64,000 nt of DNA from Nitrosopumilus sp. GTDB taxonomy: Archaea > Thermoproteota > Nitrososphaeria > Nitrososphaerales > Nitrosopumilaceae. Below, in pieces: positions 50,333 to 64,000 of this stretch. A program made the position numbers and the translations under genes. The stretch covers positions 2,560,001 through 2,624,000 of the forward strand of contig OZ243974.1 in assembly GCA_965214775.1 (NCBI GenBank), given 5' to 3'. Below the pieces are notes generated by a model, which made no database searches, was not told the DNA's origin, and worked only from the letters and a program-made list of their open reading frames with translations. Within the stretch, counting starts at the first letter, position 1. Each line of letters begins with the position of its first letter.

Positions 50333-52427
50333 GAAACTTTTTGCCCGGAACTTTTTGATCCTTCCGCATCTGCTGTGACAGACCCGCTACATCATCACCA
50401 CACGTCCCTTGTATATGCAAGACCGGCAGCGCGCAGACAACAGATTATTGGCAGACAACAGATTATTGGCAGACGGCACCTGCAGGAAACCAGCATTGTC
50501 AGATTTGCCAGGCGTTGTTGACTGGCAGACTTGCCTGCACGGCCGGATTCTTTGACATGAAGCTACGGGTTACGCCGTCCCGTAGGCGCCAGACGGATCA
50601 TGTTGTTACTATCGGAGCTACTACTGGTACGACGGCCATCCGGTCCCGGCGTACCGCTCCTCCTTCACTGCCTGCGTCATCATCGACTACAGGCCGCCAC
50701 ACCGGCGGCGGCCCGGGACACTCAAAGACGCTGTATCTTGTACCGTCCGTATTGGCAAGCGAGGACAGCAGGCGCGCATTATCATCATCATCTCCTGCTT
50801 CTGCAAAGACATCCCAGCCCGGATTCCGCAGGTATTTCAAGAGTCCGCCGGCAGGATGTATGTTTTGCTTGCGACATGTCATCGAAAATGTCAGCAGCGC
50901 AGAAGCCGTCTTTCTTCCCCCGTCAGTTACAATCTTGTGACGTGCATTGCGTTGTGGTATGATCCCGTCGCGTATGCACCGCTCCGTATCGTTGTTGTGC
51001 AGCGGCATTCCCCGATGCGCCAGACACGTAAACATGTTATGTATGGCGTTTAGCAGGTGTGTACGCACGTGAACGTCCTCATACGGGTTGATTATTTTGT
51101 ATACTTCCCTGGAAAGCTCCATGCATGTAAGCGGCGCAAGCGTCTTGATTTTATCTATCTTCCTGTAGAATTCCAGCAGCAAGTCATACCTTTTCTCGTT
51201 ATCGCCTTCGGGCATCTTTACTGCAAGCTTTTCTGCATACGCCAGAAGGTGCCTCCAACACCTCTGGATTGTCACAAAGAACAGCTTGTACTGGGCCAGT
51301 CCGTCTACGACTATGGGAGTCTTGGGATCCAGCCATCCAAAGTGCGTGTGCAGTACCTCAGAGGACCGGGAATCTGCAAATACCACAAAGCACGCCCCCT
51401 CGCAGTTGAGCACCCAGACGTATCCCATGTGTCCGTCGCCGCGCTTAAATCCGGTCTCGTCCATCTGTATCCACGGCCTGCCCGCAATGAATGACTGTAT
51501 GCGTTGTATCATGTTTTGTTGAATCGCCTCTGCCACTGCGTGCCGGGCGGCAGTCACGGTATTTGGGGCCATCTTGAATCCAAACATATACTGAAAGTAC
51601 TCTGCAATGTCCTCGTCTGTGTTTCCCTTCTCAAAGAACATCATGATTAGAGAGAGTGAGACGGGCCCAAGTGACGTGCCGCTTAGAAACGGGGTAGCTG
51701 CGACATGCACGGTATTGCACTGTGGACACACCGCGTTTTGGATGATGGCATTGGCAGTGAGCATGCGCATAAAACCGTCCAGGTCGTTTACAAGCTTGTG
51801 GATCGGCTTGAGCATCCGTAACTGGATGTTGCACTTTGGGCATATTTTGGAGCCAAGATCGTACCTTAATGTCATTGATGGCCGGTTGCCGTGCGATGTA
51901 CCATGGTGTCCGCACGGAGGGCCGCGTTTCTTGCCCCGAGCAGCATCGCCGGGACTGCCGCCGGGATCCTCGCCCCTTTTCTCCCTGAACTTTCTTCTGG
52001 CATCATTGTATAATGACGGCGTGGACGTGGGCATGTTGGGACTCTCGTACAGGGCAAGCCTTGCCTGAAGCTTAGAGTTCTCCTTCTTGACATCAGCATT
52101 CTCCTTCTTGACAATAGAGAGTTCTTTTTCCAGCCCGGAGATCTTCTCATCCTGCTCCATGATCATGACAAGTGCCTTTCCAGGATCCGTACAGTGTGCA
52201 AGCACGGCTTTGGAGTCCATATGTTACATCAGACAGGCAAGATCAAAAAAGATTTCCATCGAAATTCTTTGACCAAGATGCCGATATTATGTCACTCCCG
52301 TAAATTCCAAACCTGCAATATCTGATCACAAATGTCTGATGTTCAGCCATGTTCGCAGGGGCATCTGATCATAAGATGCTGCCCAAAAATGTTTGACTGT
52401 CAGTATAAAAAGGACCTGAAGTTGTAC
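50301..52427 (-). mobile_element. IS66-family single-ORF element, copy 2, 2127 bp
   Basis: Same TIR as copy 1 (one mismatch); 8-bp TSD GAATTTAT (50293-50300, 52428-52435). Confidence 0.92.
50598..52220 (-). CDS. IS66-family transposase
   Basis: Same protein as 11827 copy except in the last ~35 residues. Confidence 0.9.
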   Translation of the reverse strand: MDSKAVLAHCTDPGKALVMIMEQDEKISGLEKELSIVKKENADVKKENSKLQARLALYESPNMPTSTPSLYNDARRKFREKRGEDPGGSPGDAARGKKRGPPCGHHGTSHGNRPSMTLRYDLGSKICPKCNIQLRMLKPIHKLVNDLDGFMRMLTANAIIQNAVCPQCNTVHVAATPFLSGTSLGPVSLSLIMMFFEKGNTDEDIAEYFQYMFGFKMAPNTVTAARHAVAEAIQQNMIQRIQSFIAGRPWIQMDETGFKRGDGHMGYVWVLNCEGACFVVFADSRSSEVLHTHFGWLDPKTPIVVDGLAQYKLFFVTIQRCWRHLLAYAEKLAVKMPEGDNEKRYDLLLEFYRKIDKIKTLAPLTCMELSREVYKIINPYEDVHVRTHLLNAIHNMFTCLAHRGMPLHNNDTERCIRDGIIPQRNARHKIVTDGGRKTASALLTFSMTCRKQNIHPAGGLLKYLRNPGWDVFAEAGDDDDNARLLSSLANTDGTRYSVFECPGPPPVWRPVVDDDAGSEGGAVRRDRMAVVPVVAPIVTT

Positions 52428-52544
52428 GAATTTATCCCAAAATTCTCAGAATCCTGCATGAGCCTGATCTCATGATTTTTGACTTGGCACGGGCATGTTT
52501 TTTCTTCTGTTCACTTTATTAACAAGTATTGGTGGGGGTATCTC

Positions 52545-53117
52545 GTGCTAAATAATCTCAGAGATACGCTCAGACCAACATTGGAAAAGATTGGCAGGGG
52601 GTTTGCATCCACAGGACTGCCTCCAAACTTTTGGACATCAGTTGGTCTGGGATTTGCCATGGTTTCGGGAGTTGTGTACGGTCTTGGAATCGAATCGGGG
52701 CTGGTTATAGGTGGCGCGCTGTTGCTGGTCTCAGGATTTTTTGATGTTGTTGACGGGCAAGTTGCCAGGGTTGCCCAAAAGACATCCAGGAAAGGTGAAT
52801 ACCTTGACTCTGTGTTTGATAAAATTGCAGAAGTTGCAATTTTCTTGGGAATTTTAATTGGCGGTTATGCAGAACCCTGGGCCGTGTTTCTTGCAATTAC
52901 CCTGTCTTTGCTGGTCAGTTATGCCAGGGCAAAATCCGACATCATCAACATCAAGATGCAAGGAGTGGGAATAGGCGAACGGGCAGAACGGTTGCTGGTA
53001 ATTGCAATTGTCGGTATCATCGGGTTTATGGAGTATGCGGTAATTATCGTTGCAGTAATTGCAGGAGTCACGCTGGTTCAAAGAATGGTTATGACTGCCA
53101 GAAGCATCAGAGATTAG
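52545..53117 (+). CDS. CDP-alcohol phosphatidyltransferase
   Basis: DVVDGQVAR...GEYLDSVFDK motif. Confidence 0.92.
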   Translation: MLNNLRDTLRPTLEKIGRGFASTGLPPNFWTSVGLGFAMVSGVVYGLGIESGLVIGGALLLVSGFFDVVDGQVARVAQKTSRKGEYLDSVFDKIAEVAIFLGILIGGYAEPWAVFLAITLSLLVSYARAKSDIINIKMQGVGIGERAERLLVIAIVGIIGFMEYAVIIVAVIAGVTLVQRMVMTARSIRD

Positions 53118-53121
53118 GAGG

Positions 53122-53409
53122 CTAGCGTAACTTTCCACGTTTTCTTCTGTTGTCTGCAGATCTGATTTTTAGAATCTTAAAGTGAATTGCACATGAAATG
53201 CAGTACCACTTTAGAACTGTGGGTGATGCAATGTACGCTCCCTGTGCACGCAGTTCTTTTGCCAGTGTGTGTTCCACAAGATTCAGTCGTGATGTGACTT
53301 TCTTTGCCTTGTCTTTGGGAACTGTCTGGCCACAGTTCGTACACTGTACAACACCTGATGATCCTTTTCCTCCCTTTGTACGGCCTCTGCTTGCACGCTT
53401 GAGTGGCAT
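53122..53409 (-). CDS. rps26e: 30S ribosomal protein S26e
   Basis: VQCTNCGQTVPKDKA...YCISCAIH. Confidence 0.95.
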   Translation of the reverse strand: MPLKRASRGRTKGGKGSSGVVQCTNCGQTVPKDKAKKVTSRLNLVEHTLAKELRAQGAYIASPTVLKWYCISCAIHFKILKIRSADNRRKRGKLR

Positions 53410-53454
53410 GAACATAAACTGATTTGCCTACTTATATTCTTGCGGATAATCAGC

Positions 53455-53512
53455 CAAGTGAAGAGCGCCCAAGATCCGGCGTCATGGAGGAGAGACTTGG
53501 GCTCCCTGAGAC
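53455..53512 (+). ncRNA. candidate box C/D sRNA
   Basis: GTGAAGA (C-like, 53458) ... CTGA (D, 53506); TTATAT about 25 bp upstream. Confidence 0.3.
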
Positions 53513-53643
53513 AAGCCGTCATATCCTCCTGAGAGTTGATTCAAAGTTAGCAAGTTTTGATCAAATGGGCACATAATAGACTTTATGCGTAATCGACCCA
53601 TCTGATCTAAAAATCCAACACAAAAGATCATAGTTTGCATACC

Positions 53644-53726
53644 TATAGCAACTGGCAGAAGTCTTTGAGTCAAAGTAGGTCATAACTACACGTAAAAAAC
53701 CTCAATTATTTCTGCTCGTTGCTATA
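53644..53726 (+). mobile_element. MITE family B
   Basis: Near-identical to the 3914 copy. Confidence 0.9.
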
Positions 53727-53732
53727 CAACCT

Positions 53733-53861
53733 GGGTTGTCGCCTAATTCATCAGAATTTCTAAAAACCATACGATGTCATCTGGACTAGGAGTGCAGAAA
53801 TGGAGGAAATTCAGAAAAACGTGCAGGTTGAGTAAAGTAGACGGAATTAGGCGACAACCCC
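53733..53861. mobile_element. MITE family A (inverted relative to 39542)
   Basis: GGGTTGTCGCCTAATTC...GAATTAGGCGACAACCC. Confidence 0.85.
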
Positions 53862-54065
53862 CATCCAAGCATGAAAATCACAACTGCGTGCAAATATGTG
53901 CCTGATTGCTGCCTAGGCATGCTGCCAATTACAGCAACATCATGTAAATAAGAAAGCCAGCAAGCATTACTGGCTGGGAATATTCATCAAAAATTGTCGT
54001 GTATAGCTTTCGCTAAGCGATTCAAAAATGAACCGTCATGCATAGTCTCTATGTAAGTGGCTGAA

Positions 54066-57050
<2,985 letters not shown>

Positions 57051-57202
57051 ATTCAGCCACATATTACACGACTATGCACGACGATCATCGCAAGCCTCCT
57101 GGCAGAGACCTGCTACATCCTTCATACATCACTCTCGTGATGCATTGCATCGATGGTTTGATGTGAAGACTAGTGCATCCGTACACTTTCCTTTTTTTTC
57201 TA

Positions 57203-58674
<1,472 letters not shown>

Positions 58675-58889
58675 CTGAAATTTTGATTTTTGGTTATTAA
58701 AGTACTGTTGTACTTAATATTGGAATTGACGGATGCACATAATCTTCACATCTCAGATATTGATCACTTGATCAAATCCTCATTTTTGTATGCGTAACTG
58801 GAGGCCCGTGAATCACAAAATGGCATATTGCCACGCTTCATCACAAGCGCCGCCTATTGCGTTACGTATGCAGAAGCCAAAGATTGTAG

Positions 58890-58907
58890 AATCCATATAA
58901 ACCATAC
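58890..58907 (-). promoter_or_regulatory. putative rRNA operon TATA box
   Basis: TTTATA on the minus strand about 220 bp upstream of the 16S. Confidence 0.5.
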
Positions 58908-59124
58908 GTAAAATCACGCCTGATCGACAGAAAACTTGCAATTCTTACAAGTTTTTCAAACCGGTCTGTACAGATGCAATAGCAGATCGGGGCAATAGCA
59001 GCAATAGTAATAGCAGCAATAGTAATAGCAGTAATATAGTGCTGCAGGCGGCGGCAACGCGCGGATCTGTGGCAGGCTACCTGATTTGAATCTCCTGGAA
59101 TTTGAAGCAGTTTTGTGCTGCAGT

Positions 59125-59207
59125 TATGGCAACACGCAGAAGTCTTTGAGTCAAAACACGGTCAGGTTACCCGTGAAAGACCTCAATTACTTGTGACCGT
59201 TGCCATA
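59125..59207 (+). mobile_element. MITE family B (TGGCAAC/GTTGCCA variant)
   Basis: Near-identical to the 10209 copy. Confidence 0.9.
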
Positions 59208-59306
59208 TGGCAATGCCGAACCGGAGAAATTCGAGGCAAGATCGACCGAATCCCTCGATTTTCCGAGTATTCTGAAGGGTTAAAATTGCAGAATTTGTTT
59301 GAAAAG

Positions 59307-60605
59307 TTGCTTTTGGACAAATTCATTTCGGAATACAAAAAAAAGACAGGGGCTTCTGCAAGAATTTTTGCAAAGTCGGCCAGGCTTCACGTAAATGGCG
59401 TAAGTCACAACATAAGATTTTACAAGCCGTATCCGTTTGTCGTGAAATCATCGCTTGGAAAAAACCTGGTAGACGTGGATGACAACAGGTATACGGACTA
59501 CTGGATGGGTCACTGGAGTCTGATTTTGGGACATGCTCCAAAATCTGTAAAAGACCCACTTAGAAAGCAGATCGAGAAAAACTGGATGTATGGAACAGTA
59601 AATGAGCAGACCGTAAAGCTCTCCGAGGCGATTTCCAGAGCAGTGCCAGTTGCCGAGAAGATCCGTTATGTCACATCCGGGACAGAGGCCACGATGTATG
59701 CAGTCAGGCTTGCTCGTTCTGTTACGGGGAAAAAAATCATTGCCAAGATTGACGGGGGGTGGCACGGATATACATCCGATCTTCTAAAGAGCGTCAATTG
59801 GCCGTTCTCAGAGCCAGAAAGCAGTGGGGTCGTAAACGAGGAGAAGATCATCTCGGTTCCCTACAACGACCTAGAGGGCACTTTGGGAATCCTGAAGAAG
59901 CATGCAAGGAATTTGGCAGGGGTAATCATCGAGCCGGTACTGGGTGGCGGCGGATGCATTCCTGCAAAACCAGGGTATCTCAGGGGGGTTCAAGAGTTCG
60001 TTCACGAAAATAACTCGTTGTTCATACTTGATGAAATTGTGACAGGGTTTAGATTCAGATACGGATGCCTGTACCCCACAATGAAGCTGGATCCGGATAT
60101 CGTAACTCTTGGAAAGATTGTCGGGGGAGGAATGGCAATCGGGGTGATGTGCGGCAAAAAGGAGATCATGGAACTTGCAGATACGACGGGAAGGAAAAAA
60201 TCCGAGAGGTCGTATGTCGGAGGCGGGACGTTCTCTGCAAATCCGGCCTCGATGGTTGCAGGATACGCCACTTTGAACAGCCTAAAGTCAAAAAAATCAA
60301 TCTATTCAAAGATCAACTCCCTGGGGGAGTTTGCCAGAAAAGAGATCGCAGGGGCGTTTGATGGCAGGGTGGCAGTGACTGGAAAGGGTTCGCTTTTCAT
60401 GACGCACTTTCTTCAAGACGGGATTTCAGAGATCACAGATTCTGCCCAGGCCTCGAAATGCGACACCCGGAGGCTGCAAGAATATCACTTTAAGATGATC
60501 GCCCATGACGGAATCTTCTTTCTGCCAGGAAAGCTGGGGGCCATATCCGGCGCCCATTCCAAGGAGGATATAAAAAGGATCATCAAGGCATCCGAAGAAT
60601 TCTAG
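59307..60605 (+). CDS. class-III PLP aminotransferase (glutamate-1-semialdehyde aminomutase-like)
   Basis: [37 protein letters not shown]. Confidence 0.88.
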   Translation: MLLDKFISEYKKKTGASARIFAKSARLHVNGVSHNIRFYKPYPFVVKSSLGKNLVDVDDNRYTDYWMGHWSLILGHAPKSVKDPLRKQIEKNWMYGTVNEQTVKLSEAISRAVPVAEKIRYVTSGTEATMYAVRLARSVTGKKIIAKIDGGWHGYTSDLLKSVNWPFSEPESSGVVNEEKIISVPYNDLEGTLGILKKHARNLAGVIIEPVLGGGGCIPAKPGYLRGVQEFVHENNSLFILDEIVTGFRFRYGCLYPTMKLDPDIVTLGKIVGGGMAIGVMCGKKEIMELADTTGRKKSERSYVGGGTFSANPASMVAGYATLNSLKSKKSIYSKINSLGEFARKEIAGAFDGRVAVTGKGSLFMTHFLQDGISEITDSAQASKCDTRRLQEYHFKMIAHDGIFFLPGKLGAISGAHSKEDIKRIIKASEEF

Positions 60606-61006
60606 GTGACAGGGTTTTCCTGGTCTTTCCAAGACATCAGTTTGTTAAAGACCTCCAAAAAGTCGTCAGATTTCGTGATGATGTGGACATGCGCGTACAG
60701 TCCGTCAAACTGAGACTCGAAGATCATCCTGCAGTCATTTTTGAAGAACGGGACAGATATTCCCAGTTTCTTTAGTGAGTGAAATTCGAAATCTTCGACT
60801 TTGACTGACTTGCCACTTACAGTAATCCTCTTTTTTTCAGGATTCTTGTTTACGGTTTCGTCCAATTGCCGTTTGACAGACTCGCTCCAGAGCGGAGTGT
60901 CATGAGGCCATCTATGCACAAACACCTTGTCTGCATAATAGTCAAAGCCGGAGGACAACAGCCAGACTCGATTCCAATCCAAATTAAGCGTATCCTTGAA
61001 TCCCAA
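60602..61006 (-). CDS. hypothetical protein
   Basis: 134-aa ORF. Confidence 0.7.
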   Translation of the reverse strand: MGFKDTLNLDWNRVWLLSSGFDYYADKVFVHRWPHDTPLWSESVKRQLDETVNKNPEKKRITVSGKSVKVEDFEFHSLKKLGISVPFFKNDCRMIFESQFDGLYAHVHIITKSDDFLEVFNKLMSWKDQENPVT

Positions 61007-61215
61007 GACGCAGGTCAGGCGATTGGCCCGGCTTCATCATGGTCTTCAGGGAATCCCTCCTACATGTAATGTCGAATGCAAACCGTCCGTTTTGAATGTT
61101 CGGCTCCGAGTCCCTGCAGGTTTATACAGTTTCATGCTTTTGCTTTTGCCCGACGTCACCACGCCACACAACGACGGCAACACATTTGATTCTAGCAGCA
61201 CCAGTGGATTTGGCG

Positions 61216-61298
61216 TATAGCAACGAGCAGAAATAATTGAGGTTTTTTACGTGTAGTTATGACCTGCCTTGACTCAAAGGCTTCTGCCCGTTGCTATA
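61216..61298 (-). mobile_element. MITE family B (reverse orientation)
   Basis: Near reverse complement of the 3914 copy. Confidence 0.9.
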
Positions 61299-61383
61299 CA
61301 AGTCACAGAAAAAAACCACAGACAGGAAATCACCATATTTGAAAAAACTAGGTTTTTATAAAATCAGATCCTCTCATGTAATC

Positions 61384-61500
61384 ATGAAGGAGAAGAAGGA
61401 GGAAAAGGAGGCCTATGCCACAGTGGATCCCACAGACACGTCTGCAAAGGAGCAGGAGGACTTGGCAAGAGAGGCAGTCAAGAAATTCAAGTCCTTGTAA
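61384..61500 (+). CDS. 38-aa charged peptide
   Basis: MKEKKEEKEAYATVDPTD...; TTTTATAA about 25 bp upstream. Confidence 0.5.
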   Translation: MKEKKEEKEAYATVDPTDTSAKEQEDLAREAVKKFKSL

Positions 61501-61542
61501 AAACCTAAACTTTCATTAGATGTGCAATCCTAGTGGGAAGAT

Positions 61543-62364
61543 ATGGGACTGTTTGGCTCTAAAGAAAAACCCGGGGATTTGATGGGTCGCGCAATGGAAA
61601 AGATGCAGAAAAAGCAGCCAAGAGCTGCAATCTCGTTATTTAACAAGGTGCTCAAGCAGGAACCACACAACACAAAGGCATTGTTCAAAAAAGGGCAGGC
61701 CCAAAACCAGGCTAAAAGATACAGCGATGCGGTGACCACTTTTGACAGACTGCTGGAAATCAACCCAAAGGATGCGGATGCACTTGGCAACAAAGGAGTC
61801 GCCTTGGCAGAGATGGGAAACATCCAAGATGCAAACGAGTGCTATGACAAGGCAATAGAGTCAGACCCAAGACATGCCGCATCCTATTGTAACAAGGGAA
61901 TCCTGCTGGCCAAACTACATGACAGGGAAGAGGCAATAGTGCTATTAGACAAGGCAATCTCAATGGACTCTAAAAGATCTAACGCGCTGTTTTGCAAGGG
62001 AGTCGTGTTAGGGGAGATGAAAAAGCATGAAAAGGCATTAAATTGTTTTGAAAAGGTATGCAAAAAAGAGCCAGGCAACATGGATGCCTTGTTTCACAAG
62101 GGTATGGAATTGGCAGGACTTGAAAAGCATGAAAAGGCAATCGAGGCATTTGACAAGATTCTTGAAAGGCACAGGGATGCTGCAAACATCATTTATGCCA
62201 AATCAAGAAGCAGGGCCGCACTAGGGCAGTACCCCCAAGCATTGGAACTTTTAAAACGAGCAGCGTCAAAAAACGGCAAAGACGTTAGGGTGTGGGCAAA
62301 AGAAGAGCCGATCTTTGTCAAGCTGCATACAAATGACGAGTTTAGAAAAATAGTCCGGTTATGA
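61543..62364 (+). CDS. TPR-repeat protein
   Basis: Repeated 34-aa units AL.KG..L......A...FD......P. Confidence 0.9.
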   Translation: MGLFGSKEKPGDLMGRAMEKMQKKQPRAAISLFNKVLKQEPHNTKALFKKGQAQNQAKRYSDAVTTFDRLLEINPKDADALGNKGVALAEMGNIQDANECYDKAIESDPRHAASYCNKGILLAKLHDREEAIVLLDKAISMDSKRSNALFCKGVVLGEMKKHEKALNCFEKVCKKEPGNMDALFHKGMELAGLEKHEKAIEAFDKILERHRDAANIIYAKSRSRAALGQYPQALELLKRAASKNGKDVRVWAKEEPIFVKLHTNDEFRKIVRL

Positions 62365-62372
62365 TTTTAAAA

Positions 62373-63080
62373 TCAGAGGATCTTTTTTCTGACAGAGTCT
62401 ATCCTCATAATGCGGACTTTCTTCTTTGGGCCAATCAATCTGGCTTCAAAGACGGGCACGTAAATTTCTGAGATCTCACGCAGGACAAACTCGTCAGACA
62501 AATCGCGCACGTCAGTCTCCAGCGGTTTTTTTAACAGGGATTGAAGCTTCCCCAATGCGGCGTCAACTGTAATTTCAGGCTTCCTGACGTTTTGGCCGTT
62601 TTTTTCCAGAATTTTTTTAGGATAGTTCTCTATGGTCTTGGAATTAATTTTGAACGGGAATTTTATCTCTCTTCCGTGATGATCAAAAAAGATTCTGTCC
62701 TCTTCCTTGACAAAGACATGCTCTTCTAACTTTATGTCAATCTTGTTTTTTCGGCGTTTTCCCGCAAGAGATTTTGCAAATCCCGACTTTGATCGCACGG
62801 GAAAAACCCCTCCTCCCAAAACAACTTCTTTGACATCGTATCCTACAGAAATTGCATGTGTTGCTTTTCTATAATAGTCGACCGTATACTTTCCAGAAAC
62901 TGCCAAAACGCATTCATAGTATAGTTTCAGGGAATGAACGTGAACCTGCTCCCTTTTTGGTCGCGAAAGAAGAGACTTGAAGGGGGATGTTTTCTTTTGC
63001 TCAATAATATCCATGGCCTCGTCCTCGTCAATGTTGTTCCTGAGGACGGTTGTTTTGACATCAAGTTTTGATTCTTTCAA
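62373..63080 (-). CDS. hypothetical protein
   Basis: About 235-aa ORF; start uncertain. Confidence 0.7.
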   Translation of the reverse strand: MKESKLDVKTTVLRNNIDEDEAMDIIEQKKTSPFKSLLSRPKREQVHVHSLKLYYECVLAVSGKYTVDYYRKATHAISVGYDVKEVVLGGGVFPVRSKSGFAKSLAGKRRKNKIDIKLEEHVFVKEEDRIFFDHHGREIKFPFKINSKTIENYPKKILEKNGQNVRKPEITVDAALGKLQSLLKKPLETDVRDLSDEFVLREISEIYVPVFEARLIGPKKKVRIMRIDSVRKKIL

Positions 63081-63127
63081 GACCAAACAAAATACACATT
63101 TCCTGCTATTAAACCAATTCAGAAGAG

Positions 63128-64000
63128 CAGTCTTCCCAGAAGTAACCCAAAATGGCACATTTTGACCGAAACAGATCAATTAGGGCAGTCCCAGAAGGTA
63201 CTCATGCATCACCAAAAGAACCAACTGAGACGTGATGCTCTCAACAACCCGCGCATATATCAAGCTATACTGGAGACAGTCGGCAAAGGTATGGCCCCGT
63301 GCGTCAGGGTATCAGACAGGCACAATGCCATCCATGCTGCAGACGACTTTATCAGGTGCCTGACGCGCGCGGCCGTATCCAACGGGCAGGTGGCAGGCTG
63401 CACGATGTCCGCACTCGAGGTGCCGACGACCCCGGGAATATCCCGCAGTCCCACCGACGGGTGGATCCGCAGCGTCGCCATAAAATCCGAGCCCGGCCGG
63501 ATCCTGGACTGCCTTGCAGAAACCGTGGGCCGGCAGCTGGATCAGCTGAGGGAAACTGGGATGATCACAAGGGGTCAGAAGCTGGAGGCGGCAATAGACA
63601 TGCACCCGATGCCGCGCTACGACAAAAAGCACGGCGCGGGCTTGTGCACTCCAGGAAGAAGGGCAGAACGCATGTCTTTGAGCGCTACATCACCATACAG
63701 TGTATTGTAGAGTACTGCCGCCTCGTGCCGGGCGTACTGCAGATGCCTGCCCTTGAGGATACGGCCGGTTTCGTGCGCAAGATCATCGATTCTGCACGCC
63801 GCACAGGCGCCGATCTCGGAGTCGTTATGCCGGGCCGCGAGTTCTTCTCGGCAGCAGTCATCCCCGGGCTGGATGCGGCAGGAGTGAAATACGTCATACC
63901 ATGCAAGAACACGGACACCGTCGTTGCCACCATCAACTGGCACGATGACGGAAAGGGAAAAAGAAGGGAGGTCGAGTCGGTCATATCCAGAGATGCCCTG
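63128..64000 (+). mobile_element. ISH3-family element, frameshifted transposase (runs off window)
   Basis: CAGTCTTCCC end; AAIDMH...RYD then FERYITIQC...REFFS...YVIP in another frame. Confidence 0.75.

Noticed and set aside
11620-52427. Existing inversion or composite transposon between the IS66 copies
   Set aside because: Each copy keeps its own matching TSD and interrupted gene on both sides
59115-59306. N-terminal extension of the aminotransferase
   Set aside because: Read-through of MITE B and intergenic DNA; the likely start is near 59307

Overview
Chromosomal window of an ammonia-oxidising archaeon (Nitrososphaerota/Thaumarchaeota, Nitrosopumilaceae-like), judged from the 16S-23S rRNA operon and gene content. 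Core genes include trpEGDCBA, pyrG, a NAD kinase-wHTH fusion, a PfkB kinase, a MenA-like prenyltransferase, rpoK, rps25e, rps26e, deoxyhypusine synthase, thrS, agmatinase and a class-III aminotransferase. Mobile DNA is very dense: two near-identical 2127-bp single-ORF IS66-type elements, IS5, ISH3, IS481 and IS630 elements, many remnants, and at least six families of roughly 80-130-bp MITEs, most with readable target-site duplications (TSDs) and several nested in each other. Removing the elements by hand restores several broken reading frames. The most intriguing locus is an accessory three-gene operon (6925-10142) whose first gene looks by eye like a prokaryotic COMMD-domain protein and whose third gene is split by an IS5. 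All family assignments are by-eye motif recognition; no database searches were run.
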